DNA of 64,000 bases from Mustelus asterias (Eukaryota), in contig NC_135815.1 of assembly GCF_964213995.1 (NCBI RefSeq), positions 85,684,001 through 85,748,000 on the forward strand, written 5' to 3'. Each line of letters begins with the position of its first letter. Positions within the stretch are counted from its first letter, which is position 1. Positions 38,761 through 50,206 of the stretch are shown piece by piece. The notes under the pieces are model-generated. The model was not told where the DNA came from. It saw nothing but the letters and a program-made list of their open reading frames with translations, and searched no databases. The position numbers and the translations under genes were made by a program.

Positions 38761-39160
38761 TCTACTGCAGCCCGAGCAGCACTCCCACAGTGAGACACCA
38801 ACTGTCACACTCTACTGCAGCCCGAGCAGCACTCCCACAGTGAGACACCAACTGTCACACTCTACTGCAGCCCGAGCAGCACTCCCTCACTGAGACAGCA
38901 ACTGTCACTCTCCACTGCAGCCCGAGCAGCACTCCCTCACTGAGACAGCAACTGTCACTCTCCACTGCAGCCCGAGCAGCACTCCCACAGTGAGACACCA
39001 ACTGTCACACTCTACTGCAGCCCGAGCAGCACTCCCACACTGAGACACCAACTGTCACACTCTACTGCAGCCCGAGCAGCACTCCCACAGTGAGACACCA
39101 ACTGTCACACTCTACTGCAGCCCGAGCAGCACTCCCTCACTGAGACAGCAACTGTCACTC
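38761..39160. repeat. 8 x 50-bp tandem monomers at the CR1 5' end
   Basis: Unit tctactgcagcccgagcagcactcccacagtgagacaccaactgtcacac, with a variant ...ctcactgagacagcaactgtcactc in copies 3, 4 and 8. Confidence 0.97.
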
Positions 39161-39624
39161 TCCGTAGTAATGTAGTAATTGGGCTCCACCAGATAAGAAA
39201 CTATATAAGTTTATTAATGAACAACAACTATTTACAGGATGATGCAGATTCAATGCTTCCAGACATGACTCTAGGATCTATCTATCTTGTAGGACAAGTC
39301 CAGACAAGTTGGAGTGAAGCCCCAATTCGGTTCCTGATTGGTCAGCCCTGGTCATGTGATCCTTTCAGAAGATTAGACAAAGCCATCATGTGTTTATGAA
39401 AGGCAAATTATGCTTAACAAATTGACTGGAGTTTTTTCAGTATGTAACTAGTAGAATAGATAAGGGAGAACTAGTGAATGTGATGTATTTGGACATTCAG
39501 AAGGCTTTTGCTAAGGTACCTCATAAGAAGTTAGTGGACAAAAATGAAAGGGGGTAATTTGTTGGCATGGATCGAGAATTGGTTGACAGACAGGAAACAG
39601 AGAGTGGGGGGCAGGACATCGCAT

Positions 39625-41745
39625 TTAGGTAGGGAGACCAAAACTTTACTCAATACTCCAGGTGTAGTCTAAGACCCTGTATAACTGCAGGAAGACATCC
39701 CTACTTCTGAACTCAAATCCTCTTGTAATGAAGACAAACATTCAATTTGCCTCCCAAATTGCTTGCTGCACCTGCCTCTCCACTTTCATTGACTGATGTA
39801 CAAGAACTCCCAGTTCCCTTTGTACATTCACACTTCCCAATATATCACCATTTAAATAATACTCTTCCATTCTGTTTTTTACACCAAAGTTTATAACTTC
39901 ACATTTAGCCACTTGTACTGCATCTGCCATGTGTTTGCCCACTCTTTCAACTTATCTAAATCACCTTGAAACCGCCTTCATCCTCCTCCCAACTCTCAAT
40001 TCCACTCAGTTTCATGTCATCAGCCAACTTGGAAATGTTACATTTGGTTCCCTCATCCAGGTCATTTATATATATCATGAACAGCTGGGGCCCAAGCACT
40101 TATCCCTGCAGTACCCCATGCGGTGTACTATTTGCCACTCAGAAAAATACCTATTTATTCCCATTCTCTGTTTCCTGTCTGTCAGCCAATTCTTGATCCA
40201 TGCCAACAAATTACCCCCTATTTCATGTGCTTTAATTTTGCCCACTAAATTCTTATGAGGGACCTTAGCAAAAGCCTTCTAAATGTCCAAATACATCACA
40301 TCCACTAATTCTCCCTTATGTATTCTACTAGTTACATACTCAAAAAGCTCCAGTAGATTTGTTGAGCATGATATGCCTTTCATAAACACATGATGGCTTT
40401 GTCCAGTCCTGTTAAAATGTTCTGTTATCACAACTTTTGTAATACACTCTAGCATTTCCCCACTAGTGATGTCAGGCTAACTGGCCTGTAATTCTCCCTT
40501 TTTTTTTCTCCCTCTCTTCAAAGTGGGGTTACATTTTCCACGCTCCAATCTGTAGGAACTACTACAGAGTCCATAAAATTTTTGAAGATAACCACTAATG
40601 CATCCAGTACTTCCAGGGCCACTTCCTTTAATATTCAGGATGTAGATTATCAGATCTGTCAGCCTTTAACCCCGTTAATTTCCCCAGCATCATTTTCTTA
40701 CGAATACTGATTTCATTCAATCTGCCCTCTCGCTAGACCCTTGGCTCCCTAACATTTCTGGGAGGTTATTTGTGTTCTCTTTTGTGATGATAGAACCAGA
40801 GTATGTGTATCAATTTTTCTGTCATTTCTTTGTTCCCCATTACAATTTCCCCGGCTTCTGACTCTGTAAGGGCCCTACATTTGTCCTCACTAATCTTTTG
40901 CTCTTGAGGGCGGCACTGTGGCTAGCACTTCTGCCTCACAGCGCCAGGGATCCGGGTTCGATTCCCGGCTTGGGTCACTGTCTGTGTGGAGTCTGCACAT
41001 TCTCCCCGTGTCTGCGTGGGTTTCCTCTGGGTGTTCTGGTTTCCTCCCACAGTCCTAAAGATGTGCTGGTTAGGTGATGCTAAATTCTCTCTCTGTGTAC
41101 CCAAACAAGCGTCGGAGTGTGGCAAATAGGGGATTTCACAGTAACTTCATTGCAGTGTTAATGTAAACCTACTTGTGACACTAATAAATAAACAAACATT
41201 TATAGAGGTTTTAATGGTCAGTTTTTATGTTCAATGCAACTTTAGTCTCATATTCTCTTTTCCCCCTCTTGATCAATTTTTTTGTCCTCTTTTGCTGACT
41301 TCTAATATGCTGCCAATCCTCAGTCTGGTTCCTTTTTCTGGCAATTTTATATGTCTCTTCTTTTAATATTATCCCTAATTTATTTGTAAGCTGTGGTTCA
41401 GCCACTTTTTCTTTTATTTTTGTGCCAGATACGAATGAATGATTGTTATAATTCATGCACGCATTCTTTAAATGTGAACCATTTCCTATCCATCATCAAT
41501 CCCTTTAATAAGGTTCCCCAATCTATCCTTGCAAATTCGTGACTCACATCCTAATAGTTACCTTTATTAAGATTCAGGACCTTAGTTTCAGATTTGACTA
41601 CTTCATTCTCCATCTTAATGAAGAATTCTGTCATATTATGGTCGCTCTTCCCCAAGATTGTTAATTAATTTCGTAATGAAAATTCCCAGTCTAGAGTAGC
41701 CTGTCCTCTGGTTGGTTCCTCAACATATTGTTCTAAAAACCATCA
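39625..41745 (-). mobile_element. Old CR1, host of the Gypsy insertion (3' part continues at about 28210-28414)
   Basis: RT and endonuclease remnants; the sequence is collinear across the TTAG TSD. Confidence 0.8.
40907..41196 (+). mobile_element. tRNA-derived SINE with the HE1-like head and core but a different tail
   Basis: Tail ggggatttcacagtaacttcattgcagtgttaatgtaaacctacttgtgacactaataaataaac. Confidence 0.85.
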
Positions 41746-41819
41746 CTGGCCATCATTGGTCTAAAAGATCTGCTCTTGTATCCACACTGAACTAGCTAAT
41801 GATGATCCATTTAAGCTTG

Positions 41820-43800
41820 TTGTCAGTTGTAACCACTAAGACGTTGTTGGTAGAGTATTAAATAATGGTAATGCCATTGAATGCCAAGGGGATTGGGTAA
41901 ACCCTCTTGTTGGAGACGGTCATTGCCTAGCAAAAGTTGGTTGTCACTTAGCAGCCCACATTTGGATGTTGTCCAGGTCTTGCTGCATGTAGGCATTGAC
42001 TGGTTCGTTATCTGAGAAATTGCAAATGGAACTGAATACATTGCAATCATCAGCAAACATTCCTACTTCTGACCTTACGATGGAAAGGGAGTCATTGATA
42101 GAATAGTTGAAAATGGTTGATTTAAGGATGCTGTACAAGGACCCCTTCGAGCAACGTCCTATAACTTAAGTAATTGGATTCCAACAACTGCAACCATCTT
42201 CCTTTATGCTCGGTATGACTCCTACCATTGGACAGTTGATTCCCATTAACTTCCATCTTACTGGGTCTCCATGGTGTCAGACCTGGTCAAATGCTGCCTT
42301 GATGTCAGGGGCAGTCACTCATACCTCAGCCCTAGAATTCAACTCTTTTCACCATGTTTGGATTCAGGGCTGTAGGAAAATCTCAATCCGGAGCCCAAAC
42401 GAAGCATTGGCGAGGAGGTTATTGGTGAGTGAGTGCCCCTTCCATCACTTGAAAGTAGGCTGGCGAGACAGTATTTGGGCTGATTTGACTTGCCCTGCTT
42501 TTTCTTGATAGGACATTCCTGAGCAATTTTCCACTTTGGCAGGTGGACGCCACTGATTATAGCTGTACTGGAGCAGCTTGGCTAAAGAATTGGTTAGTTT
42601 TAGAGCGCTTCACTACAGCTGGAATGTTGAACGAGCTCATAACCTTTTCTGTGTTTAATGCAGTCAGCTGTTTCTTGATATCAAATCCAATTAATTGACT
42701 TGGCTGAAAACTATTATCTACAATGATGAGGACCTCAAGAAGAGGCTAAGTTGAGTCATCAACTTGGCTCTTCTGTTTAAAGTTTGTTGTAAATCTTTCT
42801 GCCTTGTCTTTTGCACTTGCGTGAAGGACTCTACCATCAATGAGGATGGAGATGGTTTTGGAGTTTTCTCCTCCTGGTTGTTTAATTGATTACTCCCATC
42901 ATAGGAGGGCAGTTTTGATCTGATCCCTTGGCTGTGGGATGGCTTTATATTGCATGCCGCTTCTACCATTTAACATTAATGTAGTCCATGTTGTAGCTTC
43001 ACCAGGTTGGCAGTTCAGTTTCAGGTGTGCCAGTTGATGCTCCTTGCATGCTCTTCTACACTTCACATTAAACCATGGTTGGTCATTGGCTTGATGGTAA
43101 TGGAAGAGTGAGGGAGATGCAAAACTATGAGGTTGGATTTGAGCTGTTAATTCTGTTCTGAATCTGTCCATTTAGCACAGTGGTAGTCCCATGCAGTGTG
43201 CTGAAGGATGTCCTCAGTGCAAAGATCAGACTTTGTCTCTGTAAGGACTGTGATCATATATACCAATACTGTCATGGACAGATGCATCTGATACAAGTAG
43301 ATTGATGAGGATATGTCAAGTAGTTTTTTTCCCTTGTGGTTTTCACCACCTGTTGCATATCGTCAGGACTTGGCCAGTTAGGTCATAGTGGTGCTACCAA
43401 GCCACTATTGGTGATGGACATTGAAGTCATCCACCCAGAGTACAGTCTGTGTCCTTGCTGCCCTCAGTGCTTGTTCTGCGGTGAGAGAGTGGTAACCAGC
43501 AGCAGGTTTTCTTGCTCATGTTATCCCTGATGCCATGGGGTCTGGATATTGAATACTCTGAGTGACTCACTCCTGATTATATAATGCTGTACCATCACCT
43601 CTACTGGATTTGCCCTGTCTGTGGGCAGGATGGATCCAGATATGCTAATGAAGGAGTCTGATGTTGGCTGAAAAGTATGATTTGCTGAGTATGACTGCCA
43701 GGCTGCTGCTTGGCTAGTATGTGGATAACTCTCTGGAGAGCTTTAAAGAATCAACCCCGCTGAAAGTGCCTTTGATGTGTTCAAAGCCGATGCCAAGGTA
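41820..43800 (-). mobile_element. Decayed CR1/L2-group LINE of a second family
   Basis: FADDC, DIKAAFD-like, DQPWFN and DFNVHH remnants on the minus strand. Confidence 0.7.
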
Positions 43801-45320
43801 GATGCTGAAACATCTTAAGTGGCTTGCTAGACCGTTTCAGAATACTTAAGAGTCAACCACTTTGCTGGAGGCTGACGTCATACTTGGATCAGATATACAG
43901 ATTTCCTTCCCTCGAGGTCATTAGTGAACCAGTTGAGTTTTGTCAACAATTCGATAGCTTCGTGGTCACTATCACTGGTGTGTTTTTCTTTTCAGAATTA
44001 TTTATTTAATTGAGTTCAAATTCACGACGGCCATGTTGGGACCCTGGATTATTAACCCACATTTGTAGTCCAGTAACTTGGCCACTATTTATTCTGTATA
44101 TGCTTCATCATCATTTTATCCTTTGTGGATGCATCTTATTGGACACAAGGGTAGCTTTCATGTATATAATGACAGTACTCCTATACCTCTACTATCTCAC
44201 TGCAGCCTCTCTCCATTGCCTCTGTGCTGTCAAGCTGCTTATTCCAAAATTCAGTTTCGGAGGATTCACAACTTTCTCCCACTAAACATGAGGAGGACTA
44301 AAACCACTGCCTTAAATCCCCAACATAAGCTATGTACCCTTGGCGCTGACTCCATTCCTGTACCTGGTAACTGATCCAGACCTTTGGTTTACTTTGTGTC
44401 CTTTTTCACCCTAAGTTGAGTTTTTAACCTCATCCTCTCCAAGACAAAGACTGCTGACTTCGACTTCTGTAACATGGCCCTTCTCCACTTCCATCTTAGC
44501 TCACCTGTCACTGAAACATTCACCTGTGCCTTTGGCACCTTCAGATTTGATTTGATTACTGTAATGTTCTCCTAGCTTAACCTCTGTAGCCTATCCAAAC
44601 TCTGCAGCCCCTATTCTGCTTTGTTCCAAGTTCCACTCACCATTGTCCTCCTAATCTACAATGTCTCTTAGTCCTATGAAATTTTAAATTCTCATTCATC
44701 TTCAGATTTGTTTAGGCACTTGCTGGTCTCTTAGTCTGTAACCTTTTCCAGCCCTAAAAACTATTCCAAAGTTTCCATGTTTCCTGACCCATTTCCATAT
44801 AATCTTATTGTATTTCACCCCCCTCCCTTCTTCCCACCATTGGCAACCATGCCTTCAGCTCTTGAATTCTCTCCCTGAACCGCAACCTTTCAACTTCCCT
44901 CTGCTTCTTTACGAACGTCCTTAAACACACCTCTCTTGTAATGTACATTTTATTCTATATCTGCTATATTTCTCATCCTTACTGCTGTTCTCTCTACCCT
45001 TGCTATCACTAGTACTATCATTCCATAGTCCTGCTGCTGAACTCTTTCCTTACTGCCACTGCTCTATTCTCCCTTATTCTTTTACCTTATTTTATCTTTG
45101 TGTGTATTCTGTAGTGTTTATTGTGTCTTGGCTGATTGTTTTACCATAGTGCATGCAAATGCAACTATGGTAAGATTTCCAAAATTGTTCTGAAATCTAT
45201 TTTGATTTAATTTTTTTTAAATCCGAGTTCAGTTCAATTGGCAACAAATAGTTTGTTCATTAGGGAATTTTTTTTAAACAAAATTTATTTCCAGCTTAGA
45301 AAATATTTTTTAGTAAATAC

Positions 45321-45588
45321 GGGCGGCACAGTGGTTAGCACTGCTGCCTCACAGTGCCAGGGACCTGGGTTCAATTCCCAGCTTTGGATCACTGTCTATG
45401 TGTAGTCTGCACGTTCTCCCTGTCTCTGCGTGGGTTTCCTCTGGGTGCTCCGATTTTCTCCCGTAGTCTTAAAGACGTGCTGGTTAGGTGCATTGACCCG
45501 AACATACGCCGGAGTGTGGCGACTGGGGGAATTTCACAGTAATTTCATTGCAGTGTTAATGTAAGCCTTGTGACTAATAAATAAACTT
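45321..45588 (+). mobile_element. SINE (second tail type) 75 bp upstream of the UST terminal exon
   Basis: Same structure as 40907-41196. Confidence 0.85.
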
Positions 45589-45662
45589 AAATAGTTTATT
45601 GTGACATATTTGATATTTGGGTTTTTTTTTAAAGAACTGACAATACTGTATTTCCTTTGCAG

Positions 45663-45913
45663 AGTATAGGAAACTCGGAAATGGAACGATTACTGTAAAG
45701 AAACAAGTACCCTCCCCGGAAGCACTGAAGGTGCTGTATCAACGAATGCGATATGAATACAACTTTTATAACTATGTCAAGGATCAATTCCATTTATTGA
45801 AACGGAAGTTTGGCCTGAAGACTCGAGGCAGTGCTCCAAGTAAAAGGAATGAGATTGCGGGGCCTGGTCATGAAGATGATGATGACGCATGGTTGAAAGA
45901 TATTTATCGATGA
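45663..45913 (+). CDS. UST: UST-family terminal coding exon
   Basis: Acceptor tttcctttgcag|AG. Translates (E)YRKLGNGTITVKKQVPSPEALKVLYQRMRYEYNFYNYVKDQFHLLKRKFGLK...DDDDAWLKDIYR, TGA at 45911-45913. Matches the UST C-terminus (LYQRMRYEY...FHLLKRKFGL...WLxDIY). Confidence 0.93.
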
Positions 45914-46323
45914 TGGCAGTGAGCCACTCGTGGGGGCTTCTTTGCATTGGACATTTCACAAGGAACTGCAATTTGGTCAGGAGATACTGCAGTGGTTGTC
46001 TGTTCTGGAGATTAGATTAACATGTTCACAATTGCAGTCAGTCTTTGCCAGGCAGATGTTTGTAACTTACACTTTTCATGCTATTGCATGATTTTTATTT
46101 TTTTTATTTCTGATGTTTCTTTACCAACTGCTGTACCAGCAGGTGAGACACTTTCATTTACTATATCTGCATATTAAAATATATATTGAATGATTTATTT
46201 AGTTACTTGTTTAAAAAAAAAGTAAAGAAGATAACACATATCTGAGAGAGGTACTAATCCAGTTATACAGTAGCTCATTTTCCTAAACTGCTGCACCTTC
46301 AGATGGAAGGCACCATCAAAGGA

Positions 46324-46410
46324 AATAAAATTGAACAGGGGCATTTAAGGAAGTGGATTTTGTAGTCTTTGCAGCACTGTACTCACATTTGTGATTTGTC
46401 AGAAAATAAA
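46324..46410 (+). promoter_or_regulatory. Candidate polyadenylation signals of the UST 3' UTR
   Basis: AATAAA at 46324-46329 and 46405-46410 (another at 46653-46658), with U-rich tracts near 46485-46507, within AT-rich non-repetitive sequence after the stop codon. Confidence 0.4.
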
Positions 46411-48639
46411 ACAATTTGAAAGCATTGTAACAACTGTCAGACCAGAAAAATCCAAGATTGTTTGTTAGCGATATTACCCTTTCACTTTTTTTTTTCTGGC
46501 TTTTTTAAGTGAAAGCATTTTCTGTTGACAAACTTGGGCCTGATTGGATATAATTTACACCTAGACCACATGGACTGCTGTGACTCAAGGGCAATTACGC
46601 ATGGGCATTAAATGCTAAGCTTGTCAGCAACACAAACGTCCCAGAATGGATAAATAAAATATATACAACTTAGAAATAGGTCATTCAGTCCAGCCCATCC
46701 ATCCCTTTCATTTTTTCGCCACTTGAACCTCCATCATCTAACTCTTACCAGCATAATCCTTTATCCCCTTCTTTCTTAGAAGCTTTTTCTTTAGCTTCCC
46801 CTTCAATGCATCTATGCTGTTTGCCTTAACTACTCCCTGTCTTGCACATTCTCATCACTATCCTTGTAAAGAAGTTTCTTCTGAGCTCCCTATTTGACTT
46901 TACATTTTGGCTGATATAAATGGCCTCTAATTTTACTCTTCTCCACTCGTCCGCTTCTGCTTCATCAAAACCTTTCATTATTTTAAAGATCTCTCATTCT
47001 TCCATTTTCGAAGAGACTCGGGCCATTCATCCTTTTCTGATAGGTACAACCTCATATTTCTGGTATTGCCTTTGTGAATCTTTTTTGCATCCTCTTCAAT
47101 ATCTCTTTTTTTATGTAATAAGGCAGCTAGAACTGTATGCACTACTCCAAGTGTGATCTACTTGTGTTCGATACAAATTTAGCATTGAATTGCATGCACA
47201 TAATACCGATGTTCGTGTTACATGAAACATTGTCAGGGAAAGTCAGCATACATTTGATAGAGAGTAAAGTTCTAAAGTCTCTCCCACTGTAATTCAACAA
47301 GTGCTTTAGCCCGGGCGTCATAACAATGCTGCTGTTACAGCAATGTGACCACTTTCCATTTTCTAACCACCCATCCTGTAATTGCTTCAACATAATGAGC
47401 AACTGGTACCATTATGGGGCAGTTTTATATTATAGTCCCCTAATCACAGGGATGGAGGTACCTAGCAGACATAGGAAGCTTTAATTTCAGTGTTGTCACT
47501 GGATTTAAACCAAGATGAGATGAAGTGCATGACAAAATCCTCAGTAATCTCCATTTTATCACAATTAAGGTGTGTCAGGTATTGTTGGCAAAATGAGCTG
47601 CTCCCTTTGCATAATTTTGTATTTGGAAGTTATTCATATCTCTAATATGAACACTTGCAGCAGCTCTGCAGTTACTCGGCTCCTTGGCATGGGAACTCAG
47701 CTTTCCAACACTTCGATCGTGCTATTTTCACGGCCTGTTGGGGATATTCTTAATCTGTATAAGTGCCTTGGTGTTCTGGGGATATTGCACACTATTACAA
47801 TCACTGCCTTGAACTTCGCCTCCTTTGATTCCTTAGCCACCCTAACTCCTTTTGCAAGTTGTCAAAACCATGGAATTTCTATCTTTGACTTTCATTCCTC
47901 ATTTAATCTGTGGATTTTGAAAATGCACATTTTCATATATCTTAGTGTTATCATATCACAATTTTTGATTTATATATTAATCTTTTTAACCTTAGACCTG
48001 TGGTCCTTGACCCTCCCCGGTTTCTCTTCTCAAAACTGAGAAAGTATTTCTTCGTCTCCTGATTTGTGATAAGACCTGGTTCCATATTTTGCTTAATTCT
48101 TTGTCAGCAGCAGCAAGCCCTTGATTTTCTAACTTATGGGAATGCCACCAGTCTGGAATGTGCAAGCAGGGTTTGGAATTCTGGCAGAAATCACCAGAAA
48201 GCTGGCTGTAGCATATTCATTCATATGTGCTGTGCACGAAGGAAGGTCTTTGGATCATTGTGTGTTGATGCTTCTTCCTGAACTCTTTTTTTTAGTGGTG
48301 GTTCACCATTGTCTTTCACTTTCAGGGCCAGGACAAGAAGGTAGATCCCAAATCTACCTTGGCTGGAACAGGAGTCGAACCCGCGTTGTTGGTGTTATTT
48401 TGAACCACGTGCTAGCCATTTATAGCATATACAAGACAGAAAATTATCGTGTTTCTAAGTGAAAGTTGAAGATCCAATGCTGGCACCAAATCAAGCTCAA
48501 ATTAAGAATGGAGTTTGGTTTCTAAATCCTTCCCAAATACACTAATTCACGATTGAAGTGAAACAAGATGAAAAAGGCTTACACCAAGATCAGCAATCGC
48601 CAGTGCTGGACTGCTTGCAGCTGGTATTATGTAGTCAGT

Positions 48640-48940
48640 GGAAACTAATACTAAGGGGCATGCGCTTAACATGAGAGGGGGAAAGTTCAAAGGAGATGTG
48701 AGGGGCAAGTTTTTTTACACAGAGTGTGGTAGGTGTCTGGAATGCGCTGCCAGGGGTGGTGGTGCAGGCAGATACGATGAAGGTGTTTAAGGGGCTTTTA
48801 GATAAGCACATGGATATGCAAGGAATGGAGGGATGTGGACCAAGGGCAGGCAGAAGGGATTAGTTTAATTTAGCATCATGTTCAGCACATCATCGTGGGC
48901 TGAAGGGCCTGTTCCTGTGCTGTACTATTCTATGTTCTAT
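48640..48940 (+). mobile_element. CR1 3' end
   Basis: RGHA...KFKGDVRGKFFT remnant followed by a tail ending tattctatgttcta. Confidence 0.8.
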
Positions 48941-50206
48941 CTGCAAACTGACGTACCAGTAACACAGCTGTACCGTTTACTGCAATGGATTTCTTGGATG
49001 GATATGGATTTCTTTGAGTTAATGAAGCTGTTCATCAAACTCAAAAGCACATCAATCTTTCCAGGCAGGCAGAGAGATTGGCTATTCTATCAACTAATGT
49101 ATAAAGCAGGTGACTCGTGCATCAGGGCGGCATTGTATGTGGGCAGTGAGACTCCTGGATTGCCACATCCTCAGGAAATGTCTCTGAGTCAGAATCATTA
49201 AATTGGAGTGAGTTAGAGGCACGCCAACATGTTAGGGAGGCGTAGGAATTTCTGGAATTTTTTTACGTGTGCAGTCACACTTCAAGAGAAATGTGCAGAA
49301 AGGGGACAGTGTGAAAGTCAATCAGCCGGGTAGGGGGAGCCATGGAGAAATAGAGGAAACCCTACAGATCCTTTGTTTTAGTACCTGAGAATAAAGATGA
49401 AGATTGCAGGGAGAATTACTAGAATTTTAATGATGCAGCTTGGAGTAGAATAGCAAGATTATAGACATAGAGAGAATTTGATAATTAGGGGTACGGATAG
49501 GGTTCTTTGAGCACAACTGAGAGGAGGATGTTTTGATTACCTGATGCCGCAACTTGCAGTGATATAGTGTCTTTAATGTAGTAAAGCATTGCTAACTGCT
49601 TCACATGAGCATTACAAAACAAAATATAACACTGAGCCACCTTAGAAGGTATTGGGTCTGATGACCGAAAGCTTGGTCAAAGAGAGACATTTTATGGAGT
49701 GTTTTAAAGGAGGAAATTGATGTAGAAAGGTAGAGAAGTGTAGGGAGGGAATGCTAGAGCTTAGAGCCAGGCAACAGAAGGCACAGCCACTGATGGTGGT
49801 GCGATTGAAATTGGGATACTCATGAATCCAGAATTAGAGGGGTACAGATATCTCATAAGGATAGTGAGGCTGGAGGAGATTACAGAGCTTGGGAGGTGTG
49901 AGGCCATAGAGGGATTTGAAAACAAGGATGAGAAGTTCCTGGCCTTTGGAGGGAAAGAGATTGGAGATGGGTCAGTCATTTGCAAGAGTCGAGAATTCCT
50001 TTGAGTTAATGGAGAAGAACTTGGACAGGGGGAGTATTCAGCTGTCCTTGTTGGGACCATGATATGGGAAGAGTAAAGATCCTACAAAGAGAATATCAGA
50101 TACTGTGAAATTAAAAATTACTACCTGAGCAATGTGTTAGGGATAGATCGATCAGGAATGTGAATGCATAGCTGAAAGACTACTGTGGGAAAGGTGCGGT
50201 TCCCTT

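Larger units (their letters stand above)
34472..39163 (-). mobile_element. Full-length, apparently intact CR1 LINE
   Basis: 5' tandem monomers, 5' UTR, uninterrupted ORF1 and ORF2, short 3' UTR with hairpin and (GTTCTTT)n tail. Confidence 0.95.
28415..39624 (-). mobile_element. Decayed Gypsy LTR retrotransposon carrying several nested insertions
   Basis: Direct-repeat LTRs starting tgtagtaa at 28415 and 39171 (shared gacaag..ggagtgaagccc..ggttcctgattggtcagccc..ggtcatgtga). 4-bp TSD TTAG (28411-28414, 39625-39628). Minus-strand gag (33331-33534), zinc knuckle (32790-33029), protease-like (32488-32781), RT (KLDMNYAYQQL..INTHKGLYQY, 31669-31872) and RNase H (CDASPY, YSQIEK, TDHKPL). PBS-like sequence at 33738-33749. 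Confidence 0.85.

Noticed and set aside
38761-39160. Regular 50-bp array resembling a CRISPR array
   Set aside because: Units are contiguous with no unique spacers, there are no cas genes, and the array is the 5' end of a eukaryotic LINE.
47572-48462. ORFs of 71-155 aa downstream of UST
   Set aside because: Non-ATG or low-complexity reading frames with no recognisable motif or exon structure.
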